Assembly (NCBI GenBank): GCA_963719765.1
Contig: CAVRCW010000004.1
Location: 52,920 to 116,919 of the forward strand
Direction: 5' to 3'
DNA length: 64,000 bases
Origin: an uncultured Actinomycetota bacterium
Lineage (GTDB): Bacteria; Actinomycetota; Actinomycetes; Streptosporangiales; Streptosporangiaceae
The notes under the pieces were generated by a model. It did not search any database. It was not told where the DNA came from and was given only the letters and a program-made list of their open reading frames with translations. This document shows, in pieces, positions 21,212 through 30,371 of the stretch; the first letter of the stretch is position 1; the number at the start of each line of letters is the position of its first letter. A program made the position numbers and the translations under genes.

Positions 21212-22037
21212 TGACCTGAACTCCCGAACATCCAGCCCCGCATCTCCGTTGATGCGGGATCGGGAACCAGCCTATAGCTGCGCGGCCGGTGGGAAGATGC
21301 TCGCTCGAGTGACTACCGGTGCGTAGCCCTTTGCGCGGACGCATACGGCATGTCACGATTAGTCATGCTGCCTAATGCGCGACATGTGCCAGAGTTTCCG
21401 CCGGTTTCACCGCGTGGAAACGCCAGTTCGTGTCTGCCCGCCCACGGAGCGTGCCGAGAGCGCGATAGGCTGCGGTCAAAAGGCCCCGAAGCAGATTATC
21501 TAGCAGCACTACGGGGGATTATTACAGGACCTCTGCCGGTTGCATCGAAACAGCGCAGTAGCTATGCATCCGGCCACCGATCGGGCGGGGAGCGCCCGGT
21601 CAGCGACCGGCCTTGGAGAACGAGGCCACCGGAGGGAGGTAACCGACGCGAGTGGGACCGCGTCCGATTCCACGGCGAATGGTCTGACTTGCGCCTCTGA
21701 CAGGGCCGACTTGGAGGAGATCGGCCGGTGAAGCAGTGGCGCAGGGACGTGGAGGCAATCGAGCTAAGTGGCTGATGGGAGGCGCGGATGACTTTTCCGA
21801 ATCCGCCCGTTGCGACGATGCGTGTCGCTAGAATCACGCAGCGTGACAGAACACAGCGGGGGAGATGCGGCGACTCGCACAGAAACTTTGCTCCCGGTTG
21901 TCGACTTGTTACCGCTGGTGATGGCAATATGGTCCGAGCGGACTATATAGGACATCCGAGGCAGGCTCTCTAGAAGGAGCCACGAACAGCAAGAAAAGCA
22001 GGGATCGCAGTACCGGTCCAGGAGGAGAGGCCGTCAA

Positions 22038-22241
22038 ATGTCAGCACGCACGCCAGAAGCGGAGCCGTTGCTTACGCCCGCTGAAGTCGCAACCATGTTC
22101 AGGGTTGACCCGAAAACAGTCACCCGCTGGGCGAAGGCTGGGAAGCTCACGTCCATCCGTACCCTCGGTGGTCACCGCAGGTACCGGGAAACGGAGGTCC
22201 GTGCGCTTCTTGCTGGTATTCCACAGCAGCGCTCGGAATGA
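22038..22241 (+). CDS. bldC: BldC family developmental transcriptional regulator (MerR-like HTH)
   Basis: MSARTPEAEPLLTPAEVATMFRVDPKTVTRWAKAGKLTSIRTLGGHRRYRETEVRALLAGIPQQRSE is near-identical in pattern to Streptomyces BldC. RBS GGAGGAGAGG. Confidence 0.9.
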   Translation: MSARTPEAEPLLTPAEVATMFRVDPKTVTRWAKAGKLTSIRTLGGHRRYRETEVRALLAGIPQQRSE

Positions 22242-22880
22242 GGCACGGCCGCCGCCCGGCGTTACAGCCCGGGCACCGGTTGGCGCGCAGCGTTGCGGAG
22301 TCAGCCAGCGGCCAAGTTTGTCAAGCAGTTGGGGGGGTCGACCCCGGCGGCCAGCTCACCGCATCGGGGGGCGCGCTTCGCGTCGATGCGATGATGGGCA
22401 TCGGTCAGCAGACGTTGCCGGGGTCGATCCGGCCTCCTGGCGGAGGGTGCCAGGGGACCGCAGTTAACGGTTTCAGGCGTTAGAAGCCTTTTAGACGCGG
22501 AACGGGCCAGGTCGAGATCCTGGGCCGCATCGGCGCCAGTCGCGCCCCGTTCCCAAGAATTTTCAGTCGGTCAATCCTGGGCACTCATCCCATTGCGACC
22601 TGGCAGTGGCCTACTCCAGTCTCTCCAGTCACACCTATCGCAGGTTACGCGTGGTAGTGATACAACAACTTCTTGTAATCGCCCCTGATTGCCTTCGGCT
22701 ACGGCGGATACTGGTTCGCACTTGCTGCCTGCTGCCGTCAAGGCCCGGCGCCCCGGCGGCAGGTAATGGTGTCCGTGCGCCACCGTGCCCGCCCGCTGCG
22801 GGCAAACGGTGGCTGCCGATACCCCGGGGGGATCGCCAAATCGCGGAATGCGTGCGGCGCTTGGAGGGAGGTAGGCACAT

Positions 22881-24113
22881 ATGCGTGATCCGGACCTGGT
22901 GCAGCGTGCTGAGCGGGCTGCCAATGCACTGGAGCAAGCGTGGATGCGCTGGCGCGTCCAGCACGGCCTGGGGTCGGGCCCGCAGCCGCCAGTCTCGAGC
23001 TATGTCGGCTACTCGCTCGAGGAGCCGTGGGGGCAGGCGCGTGTCGTACTCGGCGTGGCCGCGGAAGAAGCCGAGCGATTTGCGGCCGTACTCGAGGGCC
23101 ATGACTGCGAGGGCCCGATTCGCGAGGGAGCGAGCGCGTGGCCGGAGCCAAGCCGGCCGACCCAGGTCGGCACCGCGGCGCCTGCCTGGACGGCGCTCAA
23201 CGGCTCGCTGGCCATTCCGGCTCAGCCGTCTGCGAGCCGACAGCCTGACCGCGCACCGTCTGTGCCCGCACCGTACGTGCCGGCTCAGTCGGGGACTGGC
23301 CAGTCCGGGACTGGCCAGTCCGGGAATGGTCAGGCGCGGAACGGTCAGGCGCGGAACGGTCAGTCCGGCGACGCGCCGACTGCCGACGCGGCCGCGGCGG
23401 GCGCACAGCCCGATGCCGACCCCGCCGGAGCTGGGCCCGAGGGCGCCGGGTTGGCTGAGGCTGCGGGGTCGCTGGAGCCTGCCGCGTTGGCGGAGCCCGC
23501 GAGGTTGCCCGAGCCCGCCGGACTGCCCGAGCCCACCGGGTCGTCCTATCCCGCACCTGAGTTCACGGTGGCGGCCGATGACCTCGCTGCCGTACAGCCG
23601 AGTCTTCCAGCCGTGCTGGGACGGGCCGCAGCTGTGGCCGACATGCCGGCCGAGCTGCCGCCGGTGGCGGCCGCGCACCTGCAGGAACTGGCGGCACTGC
23701 CGCCGATACCTCCCGCGATGTCGCAGGCCTTCGCGCCGCCAGCACCTGCCGCCGACCACGCCCCGAACGGGTCGCCTGCCGAGCCGCCAGCCGCCAGCCA
23801 GCCGGGTGTCGTAACCGTCCAGCCGGGCTCGGCCTCGCCGCATGACGCGCCGTCCGAGCTGTCGCAGCCGGGTGTACCTGAGCGTCAGCAAGATCAGACT
23901 GACCGGCAGCAAGATCGGGCTGACCAACCTCAGGAGCACGGCGATGGTGCGGCCGCAAGCTCGCATCGGTCGCCTGACCCAGCCACCCAGGGTCGGCTGC
24001 GCCCGGCGTCGAAGCTGAACCGGCAGCGCAGGCTGACCGCCGACCATGAGGCTCCGTCCTGGCAGTCCGCCGGCAGCCAGGGGCCGCAGGCGGCAACCGA
24101 CACGGTCGTGTGA
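22881..24113 (+). CDS. hypothetical protein, structured N-terminus then a low-complexity Pro/Ala/Gln-rich region
   Basis: ATG preceded by GGAGGGAGG. MRDPDLVQRAERAANALEQAWMRWRVQHGL looks protein-like. The antisense 470-aa ORF is Arg/Gly-rich shadow. Confidence 0.55.
   Translation: MRDPDLVQRAERAANALEQAWMRWRVQHGLGSGPQPPVSSYVGYSLEEPWGQARVVLGVAAEEAERFAAVLEGHDCEGPIREGASAWPEPSRPTQVGTAAPAWTALNGSLAIPAQPSASRQPDRAPSVPAPYVPAQSGTGQSGTGQSGNGQARNGQARNGQSGDAPTADAAAAGAQPDADPAGAGPEGAGLAEAAGSLEPAALAEPARLPEPAGLPEPTGSSYPAPEFTVAADDLAAVQPSLPAVLGRAAAVADMPAELPPVAAAHLQELAALPPIPPAMSQAFAPPAPAADHAPNGSPAEPPAASQPGVVTVQPGSASPHDAPSELSQPGVPERQQDQTDRQQDRADQPQEHGDGAAASSHRSPDPATQGRLRPASKLNRQRRLTADHEAPSWQSAGSQGPQAATDTVV
23286..23372. 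repeat. 15-bp (pentapeptide) tandem repeats, about 5.8 units, in frame
   Basis: CAGTCGGGGACTGGC / CAGTCCGGGACTGGC / CAGTCCGGGAATGGT / CAGGCGCGGAACGGT x2 encode QSGTG QSGTG QSGNG QARNG QARNG. Confidence 0.9.
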
Positions 24114-24179
24114 CGTCGGGCTCGGCCAGCGCGGCCGTTATACCCGAACAATGAGGGCGGACCGACCCGGCCCCGATTT

Positions 24180-24229
24180 CGTGCGCGTGCAGAAGGTGTC
24201 ACTGCGGCGACACCTTCTGCACGCGCACG
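24180..24229. terminator. perfect 21-bp inverted repeat with an 8-nt loop
   Basis: CGTGCGCGTGCAGAAGGTGTC-actgcggc-GACACCTTCTGCACGCGCACG, 67 nt after the upstream stop. No U-tract. Confidence 0.5.
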
Positions 24230-24406
24230 ACGCTGTCGGTCGGCTGACTGCGGCGCGGCGCGGCTAGCGACCCATCGGGCCTCGGCCGCCGCATCCAGGC
24301 GTCGGCAGTCGGGCGAGCTAGTCCCGAGCCAGGTGCACGACGCCGCGCGAGATACTGGCGGCGGCCCAGTCCGCCCCTGTCGGTGCCATGCATCACAATC
24401 TGAGAC

Positions 24407-26191
24407 GTGCGGGTAGCTGTCATCTCGGGTCCCGGCAGTTCAGGGCTGCTGTGCTCGCTTGACGATGACGCGGCCCCGCAGCACTCGCCCGAAGTAGCGC
24501 GCGACCTCGCTGCCGCGGTGGCCGAGCGCGAGCACTCGGGCACCGTGCGATGGGTGTGGCCATCCGCGGCGTCGGTCTATCCGGGTCTACTGCGGGCCGG
24601 TGTGCGAGTAGCCCGCTGTCATGATGTGGAGCTGACCGAGGGTCTGCTCCTGGGCCGGGATGGGCAGGCGGGACAGTCCGCCGAGTTCAGCGCGGCCGCT
24701 GCGCGGCTGGCGGGCCGCCCGGCAACCTCCGGTCAGCGACTAGCTCTGCCTCGGGATCCAGGTCCGGATGAGGCACCGCAGCTGATGTTCGACGAGCCGG
24801 ACCAGGCGGACATGACCGAGCAAACGCTGAGGGCGGCGATGGCCGACCTGATCGCGTTGCACGCGAGCCAGCTGACTCGGATTGCCGCCGAGCCGCAGAC
24901 GCCCAGGTTCGGCGTCCTTGCGGCGGCCGAGTCGGCCGGCGGTCTGGTTGGCGCGGAGATGACGGCAGCCGGCCTGCCGTGGCGGGCCGATGTGCACAAT
25001 GAGCTGCTGTCCGAGTTGCTGGGCCCGCGGCCCGCAGCCGCGTCCGGCCTGCCAGTCCGGCCCGCAAGGCTAACCGAACTGGCGGCGCAGATCTCCGACG
25101 CCCTCGGTGCTGTCCGCCCGGTCAACCTGGACTCTCCGGCCCAACTCGTGCGTGCGCTTGCCGCCAGCGGTATCCGCGTGCCATCGACCAGGGTGTCGGT
25201 GCTGCGAACGGTCGACCATCCAGTCATACCGCTGCTGCTCCGGTATAAGGAGCTAGCCCGGCTGCACACCGCAAACGGCTGGACCTGGCTGGACACCTGG
25301 GTGTCCGGCGGCAGGTTCCGGCCGGAATACATTGTTGGCGGCGTGGTGTCCGGGCGGTGGGCCACTCGTGGCGGCGGCGCGCTCCAGATTCCCAGGGTGC
25401 TGCGGCGTGCTGTCGTCGCCGATCCTGGCTGGGTTCTCGTCGTGGCGGACGCCGCGCAGCTTGAGCCGAGGGTGCTGGCCGCCCTTGCTGGCGATAGGGC
25501 ATTCGCGCAGGCTGCCGCGAGCGGCGACATCTACGACGCCGTCGCCAGCGCGGTTGGCACCGAGCGAGACAAGGCGAAGGTGGCCCTGCTCTCGGCCATG
25601 TATGGCGGCACCGGCGGCGACGGCGGGCAGTCGCTTGCGCTACTTCGGCGGCGGTTTCCGCAGGCGTCCGCGTTCGTGGAGGCGGCGGCGCGGGCCGGCG
25701 AGGAGGGCCGGGTGGTCAGGTCGGTGCTAGGCCGTACCTGCCCGCCTCCGTCGGCCGCCTGGCTGTCAGTCACGGGCGAGTCCGGCGACCCCGAGCAGGA
25801 GCGCGATCCCGGTGCGGGCCAGGCCTCGCGGGCCCGCGGCAGGTTTACCCGGAACTTCGTGGTCCAGGCGAGCGCTGCCGACTGGGCGCTCGTGCTGCTC
25901 GCCGCGCTGCGCACCGGGCTGGCGGGCCAGGGTGCCACAGGCCGGCCGGGCGATGCCGGGGCAGGGGCCGGGGCGGGGGCCGGGATCTGGTCCGGCGGCG
26001 AGCAGCGACCACACCTGGTCTTCTTCCAGCACGACGAGGTGGTGGTCCACTGCCCGGCGGGGCTCGCCGCCGACGTCGTGGAAGCGATCGAGGTGGCCGC
26101 GACGACGACGACCAGGCTGGTTTTCGGCGCTACGCCTGTGAGCTTCCCGATGACCACCGCGGTCGTGGACTGCTACTCCGAGGCTAAATGA
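24407..26191 (+). CDS. family-A DNA polymerase with N-terminal exonuclease-like region (bifunctional 3'-5' exonuclease/DNA polymerase type)
   Basis: Pol A motifs: VVADAAQLEPRVLA (motif A), RDKAKVALLSAMYGG (motif B), FFQHDEVVV (motif C). Contains a (Gly-Ala)n insert. Confidence 0.8.
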   Translation: MRVAVISGPGSSGLLCSLDDDAAPQHSPEVARDLAAAVAEREHSGTVRWVWPSAASVYPGLLRAGVRVARCHDVELTEGLLLGRDGQAGQSAEFSAAAARLAGRPATSGQRLALPRDPGPDEAPQLMFDEPDQADMTEQTLRAAMADLIALHASQLTRIAAEPQTPRFGVLAAAESAGGLVGAEMTAAGLPWRADVHNELLSELLGPRPAAASGLPVRPARLTELAAQISDALGAVRPVNLDSPAQLVRALAASGIRVPSTRVSVLRTVDHPVIPLLLRYKELARLHTANGWTWLDTWVSGGRFRPEYIVGGVVSGRWATRGGGALQIPRVLRRAVVADPGWVLVVADAAQLEPRVLAALAGDRAFAQAAASGDIYDAVASAVGTERDKAKVALLSAMYGGTGGDGGQSLALLRRRFPQASAFVEAAARAGEEGRVVRSVLGRTCPPPSAAWLSVTGESGDPEQERDPGAGQASRARGRFTRNFVVQASAADWALVLLAALRTGLAGQGATGRPGDAGAGAGAGAGIWSGGEQRPHLVFFQHDEVVVHCPAGLAADVVEAIEVAATTTTRLVFGATPVSFPMTTAVVDCYSEAK

Positions 26192-26260
26192 TGGCTGGGT
26201 CGGGCCCTCGCCTACCTCGCCCGCCCGGCCATCGAGAACCCCGAATGATCACGCTCGGCA

Positions 26261-26440
26261 CTAATCTTGCCCGTGGCTGCGGAGGCAGGTAAGAGGGAAA
26301 CACAGGGTGCCGCCGACGATGTCGTCGGCGTCGTCGCCGGGCACGTCGAGGTCCTGGATCAGCTCGGGCCTGACCTCAGGTTCCTGGTCGGCCGCTGCAC
26401 CGGCCTGTACTTCGCCCTGCGTGTCGCGCGGCTCGGTCAT
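26261..26440 (-). CDS. unlisted 59-codon ORF, acidic leader plus Cys/Thr-containing C-terminus (RiPP-precursor-like)
   Basis: taGGAGGcggtcATG, then MTEPRDTQGEVQAGAAADQEPEVRPELIQDLDVPGDDADDIVGGTLCFPLTCLRSHGQD, TAG stop. One codon below the ORF-track cutoff. Confidence 0.45.
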   Translation of the reverse strand: MTEPRDTQGEVQAGAAADQEPEVRPELIQDLDVPGDDADDIVGGTLCFPLTCLRSHGQD

Positions 26441-26860
26441 GACCGCCTCCTATGCTCGGTTGATCCTGCATCGCGGCCAGTCTGGCGCCGCCCGGCACCG
26501 GCCGGCATCGGGAGAACTCCCCATCTTGGGGGCAGCGACTACCTATGTTGGCGCCGGGCCCATCGTTGCGCCTGGGCGCCGGCCATACCAGCACCCGCTA
26601 CCGCAAAGCACACTGGCCGGCGGCCAGCTTCGCTGGTCGGCCACCGGCTCTGATCCTGCATGGGGCGGCCGGGACTACCACAGCCTCGGCCAGGCCACGC
26701 GATGATCAGGACCCGCCAGCTCGGCCGACAGCCCGGGCCTGCCGCACCGGCGTGAGCCTGCTGCGAAGGATCAGGTCGCGGCGCAGAATCGGGACCTCCT
26801 GAGCCGGGCGGGGCTGCCGCGAGGTCTCATCGGATCGCGCAGGTCAGGCCTGGGGCCGCG

Positions 26861-27322
26861 TCACTCCGGCGCCAAGCGCCCATGCCGTGCACGGCGCGGC
26901 GGCGGCACGTCCGCCGCGGGCTGCGGCGGCGCGACTTCCGCGGTGCAGTACATGCAGCGCTTAGCGCCAATGGGGATGGTGCTCAGGCACTCAGGGCAAT
27001 CGCGGGTGGTGGCTTCCTTGTTCCGATTGGCCAGCGCTGTAAGCCGGGTGCTCGGTGCGACCAGCAGGAAGTAAACGACCAGCGCGATGATGACAAACGA
27101 CAGCAGCGCGTTGAGGAACATGCCGTAGGCGAACACACTGCCGCGGACCTTGACCGAAAGGTTGGCGAAGGTCGTCTTGCTGCCGCCAGCCGCGGTGATG
27201 AGCGGCGTGATCATGTCGTTCACCAGCGCCTCGACGACGTCGTTGAACGCTACGCCGATCACGACCGCGACAGCGAGATCGATGAGATTGCCACGCATCA
27301 GGAAGTTCTTGAAGCCCTTCAT
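26861..27322 (-). CDS. mscL: large-conductance mechanosensitive channel
   Basis: MKGFKNFLMRGNLIDLAVAVVIGVAFNDVVEALVNDMITPLI... is the canonical MscL N-terminus. Confidence 0.95.
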   Translation of the reverse strand: MKGFKNFLMRGNLIDLAVAVVIGVAFNDVVEALVNDMITPLITAAGGSKTTFANLSVKVRGSVFAYGMFLNALLSFVIIALVVYFLLVAPSTRLTALANRNKEATTRDCPECLSTIPIGAKRCMYCTAEVAPPQPAADVPPPRRARHGRLAPE

Positions 27323-27481
27323 AACCCTCTCCTGGCCGCATCTGGTCCCGGCGGCACGCGCCCGGCGGTTCGGGTGACGCTATCAGCCGGGGCGGTATCG
27401 GGCACCTGCCGTGCGGAACCCGATTGCCGGATGCCGGAGCTTGCCCCGCCAACCTGGCGGAGCCCGACGCCTCAGCAGCGA

Positions 27482-28120
27482 TCAGAATGCGGCGACGGAA
27501 TGCGGCGCTCGTTCCGCCCTGCTCAATGCCCGCAGTACGGCCGCCTGCCCGTGCCTGCGGATCGCGAGTCTGACCAGCAGCTCGGCAGCGAGATCGGCGG
27601 CTGCGTCGGGCAGATCCGCGCCTGGCAGGCCGATGCTGCAGGCGAGATCGTCGCAGTGCACGGCGATTTCCATGGTCCGGGTGATCAGCATGTCATCCAG
27701 GGTCAGCGACCAGCGCCCCCATGGCAGCACCACCACTCGGTCGGCGGGCTCGGCGGCCAGCTGCGCGCGCAACTCGGCTAGCGCGGCGGCGGCGCTTGCG
27801 GCCAGGGCGCCAGGCCCGACCGCGGCCTCGGTCTCGCTGTCCTGCCGGATTGCCAGGTTCGGCCCATCGTGCAGGCCCGCCTGAGTCCAGGTCACCCTGG
27901 CGTAGTGCTCGAGCAGGGAAACGGGTGAGTCAGGCGCCGGCGGCTCAGCGAGCACTCGCTGCACGTTGAAGACCTGTCTGGCCAGGTGGCCTGCCAGCGC
28001 TCCGACAGTCATTTCGGCGAGGGCGCTCGGATCGTCCCAGCGGCTGGCGACGGCTGGATCCTCAATCAGGCGGACGGCGCATTCCGCCGCGGCGGCAAAC
28101 GTGGACCGCACGGATGTCAT
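27482..28120 (-). CDS. maleylpyruvate isomerase-family / DinB-fold mycothiol-dependent enzyme (uncharacterised actinobacterial type)
   Basis: The N-terminal DinB-like helix bundle pattern (WDDPSALAEMTVGALAGHLARQV) and overall size match this actinobacterial family. Confidence 0.5.
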   Translation of the reverse strand: MTSVRSTFAAAAECAVRLIEDPAVASRWDDPSALAEMTVGALAGHLARQVFNVQRVLAEPPAPDSPVSLLEHYARVTWTQAGLHDGPNLAIRQDSETEAAVGPGALAASAAAALAELRAQLAAEPADRVVVLPWGRWSLTLDDMLITRTMEIAVHCDDLACSIGLPGADLPDAAADLAAELLVRLAIRRHGQAAVLRALSRAERAPHSVAAF

Positions 28121-28342
28121 CGCGACTCCCTTCGCGCGCCAACCCTAACGGCGAAGCTCTGCTGGTGAGAAAGCGCCGGTGCTGACGCCGGCCGGGCTGT
28201 GATAGGCAGGCTGCATGCCGCTCATCGACGAGCCGCCAGGCGGCCTCCCCGTAGGCGAGCTGGACCTGCAGTCGGATCCGTGGCGCCCTGACCAGGTCGT
28301 CAGCCTCCTGCAGCAGCTGTGCCAACTACATCCCGGCCATTC

Positions 28343-28780
28343 ATGGATCGAGGCGCTGTGAGCCTGGAAGTCGTGGTCCGTGGCGTCACGATCCCGGCCG
28401 AGGAACTGTCGTGGCGGTTCTCCCGTTCGCAGGGTCCTGGCGGTCAGTCGGTCAACACCACCGACAGCCAGGCAGAGCTCTCCTTTGACCTGGCCGCCTC
28501 AGACGCGCTTCCGCCTGTCCTCAAGGAACGAGCTCTGCGCGCCCTGGCCGGACGCCTCACGGCCGGTGTCGTCACGGTCGCGGCCTCGGAGTACCGCTCG
28601 CAGCTGCGTAATCGTGAGGCCGCGGCGGCACGGCTCGCTGCCTTGCTGACCGAGGCCACAGCGCCGCCACCGCCGCCGCGGCGGCCGACGAGGCCGACCA
28701 AGGGCGCGGTCGAGCGACGGCTGGCGGCCAAGGAGCGCCGGTCGCAGATAAAGCGCCTGCGCCGCTATGAGGGGGAGTAA
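28343..28780 (+). CDS. arfB: alternative ribosome-rescue factor ArfB (peptidyl-tRNA hydrolase, RF-1 domain)
   Basis: SQGPGGQSVNTTDS (GGQ motif), EYRSQLRNREAA, basic tail PRRPTRPTKGAVERRLAAKERRSQIKRLR. The start may instead be GTG 28358 (GAGG 5 nt upstream). Confidence 0.85.
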   Translation: MDRGAVSLEVVVRGVTIPAEELSWRFSRSQGPGGQSVNTTDSQAELSFDLAASDALPPVLKERALRALAGRLTAGVVTVAASEYRSQLRNREAAAARLAALLTEATAPPPPPRRPTRPTKGAVERRLAAKERRSQIKRLRRYEGE

Positions 28781-28831
28781 CTCAGTTGGCTGAAGTTGGC
28801 GCGCGCCAGCGCCGCTGTGAGGGCGAGTAAC

Positions 28832-29365
28832 TCAGTCGGCCGTGAGGCTTGCCAGCTTGCTGACCGTGTTCCAGTTCCGCGCGGTCCCGGCGACGCCAAG
28901 CCGCTTTTCCAGGAAGGCGCCGGTCAGTCGCGTCTCGGCCGCGCCCTGCGGGCACCACATGTAGGCCTCCCGCCCGATTACCCAGGCCTCGTCCGGGCGC
29001 AGATTCAGGCCAGCGAACTCGGCTGCTGCCGCCGGAGCCGGCTCGGAAGCCAGGAAGGACACAAAGAAACGGGACGGGTTATCCGGGTTCCTGCCGAGCG
29101 GATTCGCGGCATGAATCGCGGCCAGTTCGGCACCGGTCCTGACCATCACCGTGCAGCTGAGGCTGGCGTGCTCGGTCAGCGCGGCGGCGATCTCTTGCTC
29201 CAGGTGGGCGGCCGGCTGGTCGCTGCTGAACACGGCATTGCCACTGGCCAGATGCGTCGCCACGCCGGAGTAGCCGAGTTCGCCAAGGATGCGGCGTAGG
29301 TCCGCCATCGCGATCCGGTTGCGCTTGACCAGGTTGACGCCTCGCAACAGGGCTGCGTACCGCAT
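28832..29365 (-). CDS. DUF1697 domain protein
   Basis: MRYAALLRGVNLVKRNRIAMADLRRILGELGYSGVATHLASGNAVF is the typical DUF1697 N-terminus. Confidence 0.8.
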   Translation of the reverse strand: MRYAALLRGVNLVKRNRIAMADLRRILGELGYSGVATHLASGNAVFSSDQPAAHLEQEIAAALTEHASLSCTVMVRTGAELAAIHAANPLGRNPDNPSRFFVSFLASEPAPAAAAEFAGLNLRPDEAWVIGREAYMWCPQGAAETRLTGAFLEKRLGVAGTARNWNTVSKLASLTAD

Positions 29366-29434
29366 CGGGCCAGGTCCTTCCGGCAGTGCTGACACTGTAT
29401 CGGCCACCTGCTGGCGGCTCAGTACGCTGGACCG

Positions 29435-30271
29435 ATGGTGCGCGGGACCCGTCCTGGAGCTAGTTCGGCACGTGCCCGGCTCAGTCCTGGCCGCGGCGAC
29501 GCTGGCCGCCGCCGCCGTGAACTATCCCAGAACTACCTGAGCGGACCCGAAGCTGCCAGGCAGTTCCTGCGCGCGGTCCGGCTGAATCCTGACGGCATCT
29601 GCGTGGAGGTAGGCGCGGGTGAGGGGATCCTGACAACCCGGCTGGCGGCTATGAGCCGCCAGGTCATCGCCTATGAGATCGACCAGAACCTGGCTGGCCG
29701 TCTGCAGCAGCGGATTCGGGGGCACGACAATATCAAGGTAGTGATCGGGGACTTCCTGTCCGCGCGGCCTCCGCCTGCCCCGTTCCAGGTCGTCGGGAAC
29801 GCACCGTTCTCGCAAACATCGCCGATCATCGACTGGTGCCTGCGCTCGGCCCGGATGACATCGGCGACGCTCATCACCCAGCTGGAGTATGCACGCAAGC
29901 GGACCGGCGGCTACGGACGCTGGAGCCTGCTAACTGTCAGTACCTGGCCGCAGTTCAGCTGGGAGCTGAGGGGCCGGATCCCGCGCACACAGTTTCGGCC
30001 GGTGCCCAGGGTGGACGCGGGCATCGTGCATCTGGAGCGCAGGGCGGAGCCGCTGGTGAGCCCGGCCCGCCAGGCCGCATATCGCCGGCTCGTGCAGACC
30101 GGATTCAGCGGGGTCGGCGGGTCGGTGCAGGCATCATTGCGCCGGTCGTATCCGCCCGACCGGGTGGCCGCGGCGTGCGCATCGGCTGGCGTGGAGCGGC
30201 GCGCCGTCGTTGCGTTCGTCAGCCCGGATCAGTGGGTGCAGATCTTCCGTTCGCTGAACGGCCGGGGCTGA
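29435..30271 (+). CDS. rRNA adenine N6-methyltransferase family protein, Erm-like
   Basis: RRELSQNYL, CVEVGAGEGILTTRLA (SAM site), VVGNAPFSQTSPII, FRPVPRVDAGIVHLERR. Confidence 0.7.
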   Translation: MVRGTRPGASSARARLSPGRGDAGRRRRELSQNYLSGPEAARQFLRAVRLNPDGICVEVGAGEGILTTRLAAMSRQVIAYEIDQNLAGRLQQRIRGHDNIKVVIGDFLSARPPPAPFQVVGNAPFSQTSPIIDWCLRSARMTSATLITQLEYARKRTGGYGRWSLLTVSTWPQFSWELRGRIPRTQFRPVPRVDAGIVHLERRAEPLVSPARQAAYRRLVQTGFSGVGGSVQASLRRSYPPDRVAAACASAGVERRAVVAFVSPDQWVQIFRSLNGRG

Positions 30272-30371
30272 CAGGGCAAGCCGCCCGGGCAGGCAGCCCA
30301 TCCGCGCGGTCGCCGATGCCCGGTTCACGATCACGGCCGGACCTCGCGCGGTCCGGCCGGGCTAGCCGCTG

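Noticed and set aside
21600-21800. Cobalamin riboswitch in the vdh/bldC intergenic region (a GCCACTG B12-box-like heptamer on the minus strand near 21734-21740).
   Set aside because: The surrounding sequence does not match the rest of the cobalamin consensus (GGGAA / GGUG..AA.UCC blocks), and vdh has no known B12 link.
22635-24047. Long antisense or alternative-frame ORFs. Examples: 22635-24047(-), 1058-2104(-), 9634-10950(+), 13463-14518(-), 20297-21214(+), 41521-42612(-), 45509-46381(+), 51969-53111(+), 53745-54755(+).
   Set aside because: They overlap ORFs with clear family signatures on the other strand or frame. Their translations are Arg/Pro/Gly/Ala-rich with no recognisable motifs, which is the expected shadow-ORF behaviour of ~70% GC DNA.
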